IMG/VR virus record: IMGVR_UViG_3300029224_000008
Span: 1 to 59,830 of that record
DNA from: a virus
Lineage: Duplodnaviria > Caudoviricetes
Direction: 5' to 3' (one strand)
DNA length: 59,830 nucleotides
Below the pieces are notes generated by a model. It worked only from the letters and a program-made list of their open reading frames with translations. It was not told the origin of the DNA and did not search any database. Positions 25,230-36,570 of the stretch are shown here, piece by piece (the stretch's first letter is position 1; each line of letters begins with the position of its first letter). The translations under genes were made by a program, and so were the position numbers.

Positions 25230-28223
25230 TCAGTATGTAAACACACCATACGCGACGGACACAGCAGAGACAACTATCTCTACGAAAGTTTGTAAGCCAG
25301 CGACTCCCGATTGGGTGTGCCGTAGTTCGATAACATCGCTCAGGGTTGCTGCAAATGTGCCGGTAGTCGCAGTTGCAGATACAACAGTAGTCCAAGAACC
25401 AGCATTCAATCGAACCTCAACATCACCTGTAGCAAACGCTGTACCTATGTTGACCGTGTGCGTTGCAGTCGCGGCTGCTGTGTAGTTCGCACTGTCGGCA
25501 TTCATGGCCAGCACGCCCAGGTTGAAGTCCCCCGTGATGAGCGGCGCGGTTGAGGTGAAGTCCCAATAAGGATTCTGCAAAGCGGACCTCAGTACCGACT
25601 CGTAGGTGTGACGACACAGCACCGTCATTCGCAGTGCTGTGGGTATAGCCGCTGCATTGTTTCGTAGGATCTCCGTTCTGCTGATCTCAATAGGCCCATC
25701 ACCTTGGTAGTCAGTAGTGAACAGCAGCGTGTTTGCTCCTGCTGGGTCATCGCGCACTTCGACTGCATACTCGGTTCCATGTTCCGCAGGGAAGTCCACA
25801 GGTAGTGAGGACTCGTCAGTAACCGCCGTCACTTCATCAATGTTGCGCAGATCGCGCCTCACGAAGTCCACGGATATGCCTCGATCATCCAGCGTGCTGC
25901 CTGGTCCACCTGCACCCACTGTATCCATGCTCACGCTGCCAGTAGGGTAGCCTGTGCCATTCATTGATAGGTTGACTGCGGGGTATGGCCTACGGCCCCT
26001 GTTATCCATAGCGATGTCAATATTGGTTGCCGATCCAACAGGGAGAGCCTGAGTGGCAGACTTAGGCAACAGCTTGATGTCGATATCATCTCCGGGCGTG
26101 TACACTCGATCGGTCAGGTTGCCCAGAAGAATCCACACCTTGTCTGAGGAAGCGTGCGGTGCGGCTGCCGAATCCAGAAGGGCTCGATAACCGTTGGTCA
26201 AGACAAGCTGATTGGAAATCAATGCAGCATTCTCAAACGCGAAGAACTCATCACCAATCATCACTAGGTTGATGAGTCTTTGACCGATGTCTTCAGGGGT
26301 AGCTTCTGCGGTCATGGCACTGAGTAGTAGATCAACAGCATCAGCATCTGGGTCAAGATCAATCTCTATGGAGCCTTGTACTCCAGCAGCAGTCATGGAT
26401 GCGTTAAGTTCCCCAGCCACTAAGAACCCCGCAATATCGCCTGCATCCGTGTAAGCACCCGTGTTAGGTCGAGATACAATATCCACAAGGGTGGCTGCAT
26501 CGTTCTGGTACTGCACCCCACCCCAGATATGGTCTAATGTGCCGGTGTTGTCTGGGGCAATCGTTGAGAACTTTCGGGGTGACTCGAACACAAGAGAATC
26601 TGCGACAGGAATCGACACAACAGTCTGTGCGGGCGGTGTCCAATGGGTAGTACCTGGTGCCGCAAACACACCAACATCAAACACGAAGATATCCTGAACC
26701 AGTGTCACAGATATCTTACCTTCTTGGAACAGCCCCAGGTTGATCTTGGTGATCCGCATGGGCAAGTCCGTGATTCCAAGTTTAGTGTTACTGAAGCGAA
26801 CAACATCGCCCTCATTATGGTTCCACAGGTCTCGGTTGGTAACAAGCTCAGCGCGGGCAAGCGGATAGGACACAGTACGAAGGAACCGCCAGGCAATGAT
26901 ATTCGCAAGCGTTGGGTCTTTGACCCCTGGGTAGTATGCTTCCACACTGACAACCCTGTTGCCCTGTGTCTTAACATTGGCCATATCCTGGGCACCGGCA
27001 TAGGTGTCTTTGTACTCCAGGTCACGACTACCAAACTTGATGAATACATTGTTCGATGTATCACTCCAAGCCCCTCGGCTGAAGTTCATAACCTCAAGAG
27101 TGTTAGCTTCATCCACCAGAAGCTGATCGACGACAACATACCCACCGCGAGCGAGGTTGCACTTCCATGTACCACTGGACCGATCCATGTAAATCACGCC
27201 GTCAATCTGCTGCTCGATCTGGCGCAGGAACTCCTGGGCATCCATCCGAGAATCAAGGATCATAGAGAAGCCATTACCCTCTGCGAGTAGTGCGTCGGCG
27301 GCTGCAACAAAGTTGGCTGCATCAATGTCCGCAGCAGGTTGGCCCAGTCCCCACTCTGTGTTGGTGAGGAGTTCGTATATGACATTCATAGGGTTAGCAT
27401 CATTGCCGCTATTGACAGAAGGAGTGCCTAGGGATAATCCGTTGGGAATGCGTCTGATCTCGAAAGACCAAGGCTTCATATTCTCACTGTTGCCTATATA
27501 TCCGCCTTCCCATACACTGTTGCAGGTGCCGCGATAGGCTGGAGTTGCACCTGAGATCACCTGCCGACCATCCGCTAGGTAGGTATTCACTGCTTGTGTG
27601 CGGCTTCCTGAGTGGAATCGCAATGTGCCCACAATGCCGCCAGCACCCTGCTTATCCCCACCAAAGAACTCAGGCTCATCAATATCGATGGCGGTGCCAT
27701 CCATAGACACATTACCGCTCCACAGTTCGTCGTCGCCAACCCATATGCGAAGCAGGTTACCTACTGGGGTTTCTCCTCCACGACAGATAGCCATCTGGAT
27801 ACCGATACGGTATCGGTATCCTAGAACAATCTTCTCTGATGAAAATAAACCAGTCTTCTGTTTTTCAGTAATGGCTGTACTTCTTAGGTCGCCATACCAG
27901 ATGACATTTGGACCTTTCTGCTTTACTGTTCCCCACACAATTGGTACTACCCGTCCCTCTGTTGCTGTTGGAAACTGGAACTCGCCGAGCCCTGCTGGGC
28001 GTGCGTTCTCTATCTCAGGCTTCGGCTTCAGCAACTCGGACAGTGCCATTGTTATAGCAAAGAGGATCAGCAGAGTAATGAACTCTGCCCTATGTTCAGG
28101 CGCACGCATAGCTGAGGGTTCAGCCGGGGGTAAAGGGTTAACAACAGCAATCGGCTTGGGTACCAACACGAGTGCAAGCAATAGTAGCGGACCAACAAGT
28201 CTTCGTATACGATTCAAGTGCAA
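25230..28223 (-). CDS. Tail tip / central fibre protein
   Basis: FPTATEGRVVPIVWGT, NVIWYGD, PAYRG, ANPMNVIYELLTNTEWGLG; 997 aa at the end of the tail operon. Confidence 0.88.
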   Translation of the reverse strand: MHLNRIRRLVGPLLLLALVLVPKPIAVVNPLPPAEPSAMRAPEHRAEFITLLILFAITMALSELLKPKPEIENARPAGLGEFQFPTATEGRVVPIVWGTVKQKGPNVIWYGDLRSTAITEKQKTGLFSSEKIVLGYRYRIGIQMAICRGGETPVGNLLRIWVGDDELWSGNVSMDGTAIDIDEPEFFGGDKQGAGGIVGTLRFHSGSRTQAVNTYLADGRQVISGATPAYRGTCNSVWEGGYIGNSENMKPWSFEIRRIPNGLSLGTPSVNSGNDANPMNVIYELLTNTEWGLGQPAADIDAANFVAAADALLAEGNGFSMILDSRMDAQEFLRQIEQQIDGVIYMDRSSGTWKCNLARGGYVVVDQLLVDEANTLEVMNFSRGAWSDTSNNVFIKFGSRDLEYKDTYAGAQDMANVKTQGNRVVSVEAYYPGVKDPTLANIIAWRFLRTVSYPLARAELVTNRDLWNHNEGDVVRFSNTKLGITDLPMRITKINLGLFQEGKISVTLVQDIFVFDVGVFAAPGTTHWTPPAQTVVSIPVADSLVFESPRKFSTIAPDNTGTLDHIWGGVQYQNDAATLVDIVSRPNTGAYTDAGDIAGFLVAGELNASMTAAGVQGSIEIDLDPDADAVDLLLSAMTAEATPEDIGQRLINLVMIGDEFFAFENAALISNQLVLTNGYRALLDSAAAPHASSDKVWILLGNLTDRVYTPGDDIDIKLLPKSATQALPVGSATNIDIAMDNRGRRPYPAVNLSMNGTGYPTGSVSMDTVGAGGPGSTLDDRGISVDFVRRDLRNIDEVTAVTDESSLPVDFPAEHGTEYAVEVRDDPAGANTLLFTTDYQGDGPIEISRTEILRNNAAAIPTALRMTVLCRHTYESVLRSALQNPYWDFTSTAPLITGDFNLGVLAMNADSANYTAAATATHTVNIGTAFATGDVEVRLNAGSWTTVVSATATTGTFAATLSDVIELRHTQSGVAGLQTFVEIVVSAVSVAYGVFTY

Positions 28224-28226
28224 CTC

Positions 28227-29042
28227 CTATGCGCTATTCAGACCTGTCTCAAACGGATTCTTTGTCGGCGAGTAAGGGTATCCCGCTATGTTGATAAGAT
28301 TAGCAAACTTGGTCTCACAGGTCAATGCGCTGTGGTCGCAACCAGCGTAGACTTCAGCAGTTACGCCCAAGGGGGATTCCCCGAAGGGCAGCAGGAGTCG
28401 GATTACATCACCTGTGTGCGCGAGGATCTGTCGGAAGTCGCCAGTAGGGGTGGCAATGTATCCACCCGCAGCCCAGTCATCACCTTTGGCCCCAAGCCCA
28501 TTGACTGTTACCTGGTCGCCTGCTACTCCAGTCACTGTGTCCAGGTGGCGGAACAGGGATGGTGTCACTGTACAACCTTCATCAAACAAGACATTGTTGC
28601 ACACCTGCGAGAACACGAATCGAGGTATAGAGTTGGCTAGATCCGCAGTGATCGGAAGCACAGCAATTTCAGCGGTCAATCCGTTCTGAGAGAAGCCGAC
28701 AGTCTGCGCACTTCCCTTGAAAAACTGGACCACCTCATTGGCTCCATCATTTCTATGTAAACGAAACAGACTCAGGGTGGCCCGCTGCCCAGGGACACTA
28801 TTGATGTACTGGCGGACCAGTGGGTTAGATGCGGGTATCTTGATTAGCAAAGCCTCGGCTCTCTCGTCAGAACTGAAAGCTAATTCCTGTCGCTCAACCT
28901 CAGTGGGCTGATACTCAACGGAATTGTATGTGTATGGTACTGGGTTCGTAGTCCACGCATGAGACTGACTTCCCAGGTTGAACAGATATAGCTCAATTGG
29001 CTGACCTGTCTCTGCCCCTGTTTCTAAAGTGTTGAACGCCAT
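28227..29042 (-). CDS. Tail assembly protein (DUF2163/BR0599-like)
   Basis: PIELYLF, CNNVLFDEGC, YAGCDH..CETKFANLIN Cys pattern. Confidence 0.88.
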   Translation of the reverse strand: MAFNTLETGAETGQPIELYLFNLGSQSHAWTTNPVPYTYNSVEYQPTEVERQELAFSSDERAEALLIKIPASNPLVRQYINSVPGQRATLSLFRLHRNDGANEVVQFFKGSAQTVGFSQNGLTAEIAVLPITADLANSIPRFVFSQVCNNVLFDEGCTVTPSLFRHLDTVTGVAGDQVTVNGLGAKGDDWAAGGYIATPTGDFRQILAHTGDVIRLLLPFGESPLGVTAEVYAGCDHSALTCETKFANLINIAGYPYSPTKNPFETGLNSA

Positions 29043-29044
29043 GA

Positions 29045-30760
29045 TTACTCCACTACTGAGATGACTGGGAAAGATACTCGGGCGGTTCCATTATCATCAG
29101 CGTGCTGAATGGTAATGTCCTCGTTGGTAATTCTTACGGGTTCTATAAACTCTATTCGATGTACATCCCCGGGCTCAATGTTCTGCCCAATGGTGGTGCT
29201 CAGTGTCACCTGCTCGGTGTCTGCATCCACAACTGCCGATGCCGTGATGGTCCGCGTGAATACTGTGCCATCGTTCAGGATAATTCGCATATCGAGCTTG
29301 GGTGTTCGCTGCCTAGCGTACTGGGAGTATCCCACATTATAGATAAGAAAGGAAGGGGTACCCGAAACATAAGTATCAGCCAGTAGGATATCGTTTGAGA
29401 AGGTAGGCAAGTAGAATGATACCTGCTGACCACGAAAGGCGTGTAACAGTTTACGCAAAGCAAACAGGGCAGTTCTGCTGCGAGTGATAAACGCCTTGCC
29501 TGATGCACGCTTACCCCTACTCCAGGAGGTGGTCTGTGAGAACTTACCTGCACCTGCACTATCAAATACAACAGTGTTAAGGATCAGACTTGCATTCATC
29601 GATTCCGCAATCACATTGGGATCACTAAGTAGGATCTTACCGTTGTATGTAGGCCAGCCCGATGTGTCTGATAGATCAACCTCATTATCCAGAACCCTCA
29701 TTGTCATGGCGAAGGAACTAAGATTCACAGGATAGCGCTTCTCCTGAATAGCTCCTGACACGATAGAGGTACGAACAGGCATGACCCGAGTACCTACTGC
29801 ATAGCTGTTCAGAATGGGGGACTTAAATGTAATCGATGTTGCACCTACAGTACTGACTTCTAAAGCATCCCACTTAGTTTCAGATTCATAAACGATAGCC
29901 AAACCATTCACTCGATAATCACTAAGGGATGTGTCATCTACATTGATGATAGTGTCTGAGGCTGTGATCGCTCCAGTGGTTGTGGACGGCTCAGTCCACA
30001 CTGGTGTGCCAAACACACGAGCTTGCCAATCAAACATCAGGAGTTCGTACCGTTGGCGTTCGATCCCGTCTTCCCTCATAATGATGAAGTCGAACTCTTG
30101 CCGAGGAGCGAGTCGGATACTGACCCGCTGCTCGCTGCCATCAATAGACTCCATGACATTGGTTAAGAACTTCAGTCGTTCTGTCATTGGTGATTCGGGC
30201 TCGTAGGGGAACATAACAATGCGGGTACCTGTGACAGGAACTGATATGTCATAAGACTCTTCTGTTCCAAATACAATAGATGAATCTATCACGGGCTGGC
30301 CATCAGGCGTAACCTCAAATGTCATTGTCTGAGAACGCTGTGCAGGAATAGTCACAGGAAGACCAGGCAGGTTTGGGATGGATGTACCATCACCTGCATT
30401 ATTGACTACAGTCTCAAGATCCTTTGGTAGGTATAAGAACGCATTGTAGACATCCAGTTCCTGCTCTACTGTAGTCAATATATTACCGAGATCGATTCGT
30501 CGAGGTAGTACATGGATTAAGTCAAACCAGAAGTCGCCGATGTAGTTGAGGCAATGGGAGGGAAGGAAGGCGTAGGGCGGCGCAGGAGTGGGAGAGGAGT
30601 CATACAGGATGGCCTCATTATCCAAGGTGTCTGTGGCCAGATCAAGTGTTGGGATGGATAAAGTCATCCTACCAACAGTTCCAGCAGTCAGGCTCACACT
30701 ATATATGGAGCCTGATTCAAGGAATGATCGAATTGCCGAAGAGGCGCCATCAACAGCCAT
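29045..30760 (-). CDS. Virion structural protein (distal tail)
   Basis: ERLKFLTNV..GSEQRVSIRLAPRQ and GQQVSFYLPT motifs; position. Confidence 0.8.
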   Translation of the reverse strand: MAVDGASSAIRSFLESGSIYSVSLTAGTVGRMTLSIPTLDLATDTLDNEAILYDSSPTPAPPYAFLPSHCLNYIGDFWFDLIHVLPRRIDLGNILTTVEQELDVYNAFLYLPKDLETVVNNAGDGTSIPNLPGLPVTIPAQRSQTMTFEVTPDGQPVIDSSIVFGTEESYDISVPVTGTRIVMFPYEPESPMTERLKFLTNVMESIDGSEQRVSIRLAPRQEFDFIIMREDGIERQRYELLMFDWQARVFGTPVWTEPSTTTGAITASDTIINVDDTSLSDYRVNGLAIVYESETKWDALEVSTVGATSITFKSPILNSYAVGTRVMPVRTSIVSGAIQEKRYPVNLSSFAMTMRVLDNEVDLSDTSGWPTYNGKILLSDPNVIAESMNASLILNTVVFDSAGAGKFSQTTSWSRGKRASGKAFITRSRTALFALRKLLHAFRGQQVSFYLPTFSNDILLADTYVSGTPSFLIYNVGYSQYARQRTPKLDMRIILNDGTVFTRTITASAVVDADTEQVTLSTTIGQNIEPGDVHRIEFIEPVRITNEDITIQHADDNGTARVSFPVISVVE

Positions 30761-30763
30761 TGG

Positions 30764-31759
30764 TTATACAACCTTCTTATATGCGAAACCCATGTTGCCA
30801 TGCGAGATGCCCTTCTGCCGTGCAGGAAACAGCATAAAGACATCACTCCCAATGGTGACCTCTGACGCATCTGCATGAGAGGCTATGTTACACACATAAA
30901 CATCAGGGGCATACCCTAGAAGATACATCTGATGCAGATTGGAAGATGAGGTATACTTATACCATATCTCAATAGGTAGTAAGGGCAGTAGTCCATCAAG
31001 CAGGCTGTATCGTGCCTGGCTTAGGGCGGGATGCAGGCCAGCGCCGTAGCTTGCTCCCCATCCTGCCATTCTGGGGTTACCTGCGCGGTCATTCTGACCA
31101 GCGTTGTCGCCTACGGTTACATTAGTGGCCAACCCTACCATCCATTTACCACTGGCGTTCTGTCCGGGAAGTCCTTCAATGTGCATAGAGAACTGAGTAT
31201 TGGAGCTAGTCACTGTAGCCCTATTCGCCATCCAAACAGAACCTTCAAGTGAAATCGCTCCACCTGTGTCTGTGTCCTCATCCCCTGTCGCATACTCACC
31301 GCCCGTCCAGTCTCCTCGTTTATCAATGGTGCCCATGCTCCAGTGGTAGTATACCCCGGGTGAGGTCTGGATCACACAATGGATATGCTGTGTGGTATCG
31401 TCAGTAAAGAAGTGGTAAGAAGTAATAGAACCTGAAGGTAAGAATAAAGCCCGAGTATTGGTGGAGGATGTGGCTACATTAGCATCATAGGGGGCGGAGG
31501 CATCCACAATTCCTAGGCCACTATCATCTGTGTGATTTCCGGGCGCTACTGCACTGCTTATGAATGCTAACGACTGGTACATTGCAGCAATACCATTGGA
31601 ACCCCACCTGAACTGAACAAATACACTTCCGTTGTTCATAGCCAACCAGCTATTGGTAGTGCTGTACTCATCAAGAGTCCAACCCTCTGCTACTGCAAAG
31701 GTCTGTAGGATATTAAATAAGTCTTCGGGACTTGATGCTGTCCCTGTCTCATACGCCAT
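30764..31759 (-). CDS. Virion structural (tail) protein
   Basis: MAYETGTASSPEDLF..LQTFA..GWT start; position after tape measure. Confidence 0.8.
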   Translation of the reverse strand: MAYETGTASSPEDLFNILQTFAVAEGWTLDEYSTTNSWLAMNNGSVFVQFRWGSNGIAAMYQSLAFISSAVAPGNHTDDSGLGIVDASAPYDANVATSSTNTRALFLPSGSITSYHFFTDDTTQHIHCVIQTSPGVYYHWSMGTIDKRGDWTGGEYATGDEDTDTGGAISLEGSVWMANRATVTSSNTQFSMHIEGLPGQNASGKWMVGLATNVTVGDNAGQNDRAGNPRMAGWGASYGAGLHPALSQARYSLLDGLLPLLPIEIWYKYTSSSNLHQMYLLGYAPDVYVCNIASHADASEVTIGSDVFMLFPARQKGISHGNMGFAYKKVV

Positions 31760-31760
31760 A

Positions 31761-33272
31761 CTATTGCTCCTCTATACACCAGAAGCCACGCTGATCGGTG
31801 GTCGTCACATTAGATCCAAATACAGTATATCGAGAATCACCATCACTTATGCGATTCTCAGGCACTAACAGTGCCGCCGACGATACAGCAAAGGCTCCTT
31901 CAATGACACCGAATATATCGGTCGCATCCCTAATAAGAGTTGCAGGAACACGCAAGAACAAATCCCCTGCTGCGTTTGGTGTAGGATAGATCCTGTAAGT
32001 ATGGGCGATCGTCAGAATAGGGGCAAAAGGACCACTACTCCCTAAGAAGCTGGATGTCATCTGGGCAAAGTCATCACCATCCAGGGTTACTGCTGATGAT
32101 GGAATACCCCAAGGCCATACCAGACCCCCCAATGTCTCTCGCACATGATTGTTACCGCTATCGTCTGTATTTCTTATACGCTGCCAAGTCCCATCTGCTG
32201 TGCGCAAAGAACCGGCACCGTAAGACCCCTCACGACCGGGAGGATTAGCACATGAACCGTTAGGCTCATCAATAGAAGTGATGCCATCAGCAGACAATGT
32301 TGTGCATCCTGCAACATACAGGGGATAGGGCCACTCGCCCGCCGTGGCATAAGTGTTCAGGAAACCAACATGGCCTGACCCGTAGAAGGTACTGGCCTTG
32401 TAATCAAACAGCAGTCTGCGAGGACTGACACTGATCCAGAAGCTCATGCTTATTTGATGCGTGGGGCAATAATGACCACCGTTGGACCCCGATCGCCCAG
32501 GGGAGATCCCAGGTTGGTTCTCCCAGGTTAGGGCTTGGTCGTGCCCCGAGAATCCTGCCAGTTCCATATGCCTGTTGGTGTCCTGTTCGTAGGTCAGCCA
32601 TCCGCAGTAGATGTCATCGGTGCCGCCAGTGCCTGGTCCTTTGAGGATGATCTCAGCCTCAGAGGTGCCGTCGCCGTATGTCACAGTGAGCGTACAGTTG
32701 TCGCCCCCTGTGCCACCTGTGACAGCAGCAGGGTTACTGGGCGGAACAGTGTAGGAGCCAGGGGCCACAGCCTCAACAGTCAGCACCACACCACCCGAGA
32801 CAGTCAGCACGCGGAAGGTCGAGGCTGCATTGCCTGTTCCTGCTGCGATGGTGATGATGTCTCCGATCGTATATCCCGTGCCTCCTGCCGACACCACCGC
32901 CGACTGGGCAGCACCTGCTACATTCGTGGCGCGAACTCGTTCCCAATCATTCAGTGCGAAGGTGCATGTCAGTTCACATGCCGAACCCCCGCCGCCTGTC
33001 GTTGACACATTATTGGAAGGGGCCGACTGATACAGACCGGCGTTGCGGATTCGTACAGTCAGTACCTCTCCGCTACCGCCTACAGTCAGTACCTCTGCAA
33101 TCGCGGCAATAGTGAAAGTACCACCCGATATCGTAAGTTCATCAGCTACTAAGTATCCCGTGCCTGCAACTGCCACAGCATTAATGGCCTGAAGGGATGT
33201 CCCTATGGCAGCCTCGCTGAGGATTGCAGCAAGCTCTTGTGTGCCTGTCACTGTGCCATATATCCAAGCCAT
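31761..33272 (-). CDS. Virion structural (tail) protein with two internal Gly/Thr-rich repeats
   Basis: GTGY..D..TI..VLTV..G.Y..PSN..GG unit occurs twice; IILKGPG..DDIYCG. Confidence 0.8.
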   Translation of the reverse strand: MAWIYGTVTGTQELAAILSEAAIGTSLQAINAVAVAGTGYLVADELTISGGTFTIAAIAEVLTVGGSGEVLTVRIRNAGLYQSAPSNNVSTTGGGGSACELTCTFALNDWERVRATNVAGAAQSAVVSAGGTGYTIGDIITIAAGTGNAASTFRVLTVSGGVVLTVEAVAPGSYTVPPSNPAAVTGGTGGDNCTLTVTYGDGTSEAEIILKGPGTGGTDDIYCGWLTYEQDTNRHMELAGFSGHDQALTWENQPGISPGRSGSNGGHYCPTHQISMSFWISVSPRRLLFDYKASTFYGSGHVGFLNTYATAGEWPYPLYVAGCTTLSADGITSIDEPNGSCANPPGREGSYGAGSLRTADGTWQRIRNTDDSGNNHVRETLGGLVWPWGIPSSAVTLDGDDFAQMTSSFLGSSGPFAPILTIAHTYRIYPTPNAAGDLFLRVPATLIRDATDIFGVIEGAFAVSSAALLVPENRISDGDSRYTVFGSNVTTTDQRGFWCIEEQ

Positions 33273-33283
33273 CTGCCCACTCC

Positions 33284-36112
33284 TTAGTTCATTCGCTCAA
33301 TGGCGCGTTTATTCCTACCCACGATGTTGACAATCACTTGCTGATTCGCAGGGTCATTCAGTGCTGCATTGACCATCTCAGGATCAACAAAGTTCACCAC
33401 CGTGACATTAGTAACGGGTGCCGCTGCTGGCAAGGCATTGTTGGGCGTGATTGTGCCGCTCTGCCCCGGGTTGAACACTTCGGGGCCTTTCTCTCCGACC
33501 AGGTACGGCTCTCCTCTGGTTACTGGACCACCATTTGCTCGTGCTCCGGCCAGGGTTGTGCCGATACTCACTGCTGCTCCGCCGCTGCCGCCCGACAGTG
33601 CGTTGAACAGGGCCAGGATAGCCTGACGGGCAAGCAGCCTCGTCAAGTCGGCGAGCATGGAGTCCACCAGTCCCGAGAAGCTCACCTCGCCCGTCTGGAC
33701 AAATGATACCAGTGCATCTTCCGCGCCCTGGAAGGCGTTCGACATGGCCCGCTCAATGCCGCCAGAGACATCGCTCACCTTGAGGAACAGGCTATCGAGA
33801 CCGTTCTCAAATCCAGCGCCCAATGTGTTGTCGCCCTCGCGGCCCGCGATGCGTTCTTGGGCGAGTGCTCGGTCCACGGCGCGTTTGCCTGCGCGATCAG
33901 TCAGTCCTGCGCGAAGCTGAACTAGGTCATTGATTCGCTGCTCGTTGGCGGCTCGATCGCCCAGAAGGTTTACGATTAGCTGCTGTTGTCGGGTGTCCTC
34001 AGACAGAAGCTCAAGCCTCTTGCGGTCGGACTCTTCTTGTGTCGCTGAGTAGTCTGCACCTATCAGTAAGAACTCATTGCGTCGTTGCAGGATCTGTGCT
34101 TCGAGTGCGCGTTCGGTCGTTGTCTGCTTGAGGATCATTCCCTGTTCTTCAAGGCTCTTGGTAAAGTTGCTGTTCAGTTCAGCAACGCTCAACTGCTGTC
34201 GGGCATCAATGGCCTTCTTCAGGTTTTCCAGATTAGTAGATTCAATACTTTCACCTTCAGCCAGTAGCCCATTGAGTACCTGCTGGACTTCGGCCTCCTT
34301 CACCTTTCCAGCGAGCTTTAGCTGCTGAATCTGGTTTGCCTTCTGTATATCGGAAGCCTTGGTTCCAATCACATCATCAATAGACAGCAGCCGGTTTACC
34401 TCAAGCAACTCTTTAGTCTTGAGGAGCTGATCTTCGGTAAGAACTACCCCGAGACGCTGTGCTTCGGTGATGATCTCCTGAATAGTGGCTTCGTTTTGTC
34501 GAAGCCCTACAGCGGTTCCGTATAGGGCAATCTGATTCTCAAGCTCCTTGTTCTGTCGAACAACTGCCTTGTCAAACCGCAACTGGGCTATTGCTTGTAT
34601 AGATTGCCTTATTTTATCCAGAAGGTTCGCAAAATCATCATCAAAGGGTAGCCCACTTGCTACCCTAGCAGCAACAAGTGGATCTACAACGGCTTCTTGA
34701 TTCCTAGTTAGTTCGCTTGATCTGAGTCCTTGCCTAAGCGTATCCTGTAATCCTTGTTGGGTTTGCAGGGCTCTCTCAGTGAGTTTATTTGATATCCTGC
34801 GTTCCGCGTTGCTGGCTACCAGATCATTTAGCTCATCATGTTGATATTTACTTAAAACAATCTGACCTTGAAGTAATTGCTTAGCAAGTTTGTTTTTATC
34901 CTCCTCAACCTTAAGTTGTAGGGTACCTGTACTCAGTTGCTTATCAAGGGTATCCTTTTGAGCCTTAAGCTCTGTTCGTATTTTTCTATACCCTGAAAGA
35001 GATTTACTAATTGCTTCAAAATCCCGACCCGATATTGCGTCATTAAGACCTTCAGCCTCTTTAGTTGTATCCCGTAAGAGGATGCCAAACTTTACTAGTG
35101 TAGTAATAAAAACAGTAATCGCAAAAGCCAAGAGTATAATTGGATTTACTGCTAAAACAGCATTAAGTGCAATCATGGCAATAGTGAATATCTTAACAGC
35201 AACAACACTGGCAGCTATGGCGGCACTCATAGATATAATACTTGTAATTACTGCTTTAAGAATTAATCCCGCAAGCGCTGCTGATAGCAGCGCAATAGCA
35301 ATTACTAAAATGCCTACATTTTCAGCTAATACAAGCAAGGCTTTTGATAAGATACCAGAAAGACCTGTTGCCTTGTTTGTGTTGCCTACAAACTCAGTCA
35401 ACCCTGTCTGAAACACAGAAAACGCCTGTGCAATAGTAGGAGTTATCGCATCAAACTGAGCTTGAATCTCAGGTGCAGCGTCCTTGAAGGCATCTACAAT
35501 AGCCTGAGTAGTTACTTTCCCATCAACTGCAAGATTACGCAGTTGATCTCTTGTTACACCAAGACCTTTGGCAATGACATCTGCTACGAAGGGCAACTGT
35601 TCCAACACCGAACGAAGTTCATCACCGCGCAGAGTACCGGAAGCAAAGCCCTGCGACAACTGGATGATAGCATTTGTGGCTTCTCTAGCACCCGCACCTG
35701 ATAAGATAACAGCTTGGTTCAGAGATCGGGTGATGTCCAACACTTCATTCTGTGTCAGCCCCAGTTGTCGAGTATTGAAAGCCAGGCGAGCATATAGCTC
35801 ACCAGTAGCCCGTAGTGAAGTAAATGTGTCCTTAGAGATACTAACCAGTTCTCGCATCACTGCTGTTTGTTGAGCTTGTGAGTGAGTAACTAGCCTAATT
35901 CTGTTTTCCAACGATTGATGCAGATTCGACAACTGAACATATTGACGAATAATAGAAGTCGCACCGACAGCAGCAAGAGCACCACGAAGAAGATTCAATG
36001 CCTTGGTGGAGGCGTCACTTTCCTTGCCAATATCCCTAATTTTCCTACCTGTCTGCTTGGCACCTTTCTCCTGAATGATGATTCGGATGGTCTTCGTAGT
36101 GTTAGACGCCAT
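33284..36112 (-). CDS. Tail tape measure protein
   Basis: QLSQGFASGTLRGDELRSVLEQ tape-measure domain; lambda-H-like C-terminus; RANGGPV..YLVGEKGPE. Confidence 0.95.
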   Translation of the reverse strand: MASNTTKTIRIIIQEKGAKQTGRKIRDIGKESDASTKALNLLRGALAAVGATSIIRQYVQLSNLHQSLENRIRLVTHSQAQQTAVMRELVSISKDTFTSLRATGELYARLAFNTRQLGLTQNEVLDITRSLNQAVILSGAGAREATNAIIQLSQGFASGTLRGDELRSVLEQLPFVADVIAKGLGVTRDQLRNLAVDGKVTTQAIVDAFKDAAPEIQAQFDAITPTIAQAFSVFQTGLTEFVGNTNKATGLSGILSKALLVLAENVGILVIAIALLSAALAGLILKAVITSIISMSAAIAASVVAVKIFTIAMIALNAVLAVNPIILLAFAITVFITTLVKFGILLRDTTKEAEGLNDAISGRDFEAISKSLSGYRKIRTELKAQKDTLDKQLSTGTLQLKVEEDKNKLAKQLLQGQIVLSKYQHDELNDLVASNAERRISNKLTERALQTQQGLQDTLRQGLRSSELTRNQEAVVDPLVAARVASGLPFDDDFANLLDKIRQSIQAIAQLRFDKAVVRQNKELENQIALYGTAVGLRQNEATIQEIITEAQRLGVVLTEDQLLKTKELLEVNRLLSIDDVIGTKASDIQKANQIQQLKLAGKVKEAEVQQVLNGLLAEGESIESTNLENLKKAIDARQQLSVAELNSNFTKSLEEQGMILKQTTTERALEAQILQRRNEFLLIGADYSATQEESDRKRLELLSEDTRQQQLIVNLLGDRAANEQRINDLVQLRAGLTDRAGKRAVDRALAQERIAGREGDNTLGAGFENGLDSLFLKVSDVSGGIERAMSNAFQGAEDALVSFVQTGEVSFSGLVDSMLADLTRLLARQAILALFNALSGGSGGAAVSIGTTLAGARANGGPVTRGEPYLVGEKGPEVFNPGQSGTITPNNALPAAAPVTNVTVVNFVDPEMVNAALNDPANQQVIVNIVGRNKRAIERMN

Positions 36113-36570
36113 TAGAGTTTTAGCTCCTTACCGTCTAGCTTACGGAGGCCCCCGAGAATGCCAGCTTCAACAAATAAAGCAGGAGCCTGACGGCTTGATC
36201 CTGAGTTCAGGTCTCCGATGTATGGCACGCTGTTGGACAACACCATGGTCTGCCCAGGGAGTCTGCGTTGGATCACAGTCTTAGCAGCGGCAATAGTCTT
36301 GGCCGCATTCACTGTCTCACCACGACCCGCGCCGCCGCCTTTGGAGCCCTTTGGGTATGGGGAGTGGGCGGCGATGACCGACCGTAGTCCCCGACCGAGC
36401 CCCATTCGCCAGTTGGATCGAGCAGTGCCCTCATCCACGGGTGTTCCGATTACGATCTCTTTGGTCACACTCACAGCGATTGCCTTCATCAGCGCATTAA
36501 CGATACGGGGAATACTATCCCCGTATCGTTTAATGTCTTTACTGAATTGTGGCAAATCGTCCTTAGCCAC
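36112..36570 (-). CDS. Tail completion protein (HK97 gp10-like)
   Basis: TPVDEGTARSNW, NSVPYIGDLNSGSSRQAPALFVE; GTG 36570 after GGAGG. Confidence 0.85.
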   Translation of the reverse strand: MAKDDLPQFSKDIKRYGDSIPRIVNALMKAIAVSVTKEIVIGTPVDEGTARSNWRMGLGRGLRSVIAAHSPYPKGSKGGGAGRGETVNAAKTIAAAKTVIQRRLPGQTMVLSNSVPYIGDLNSGSSRQAPALFVEAGILGGLRKLDGKELKL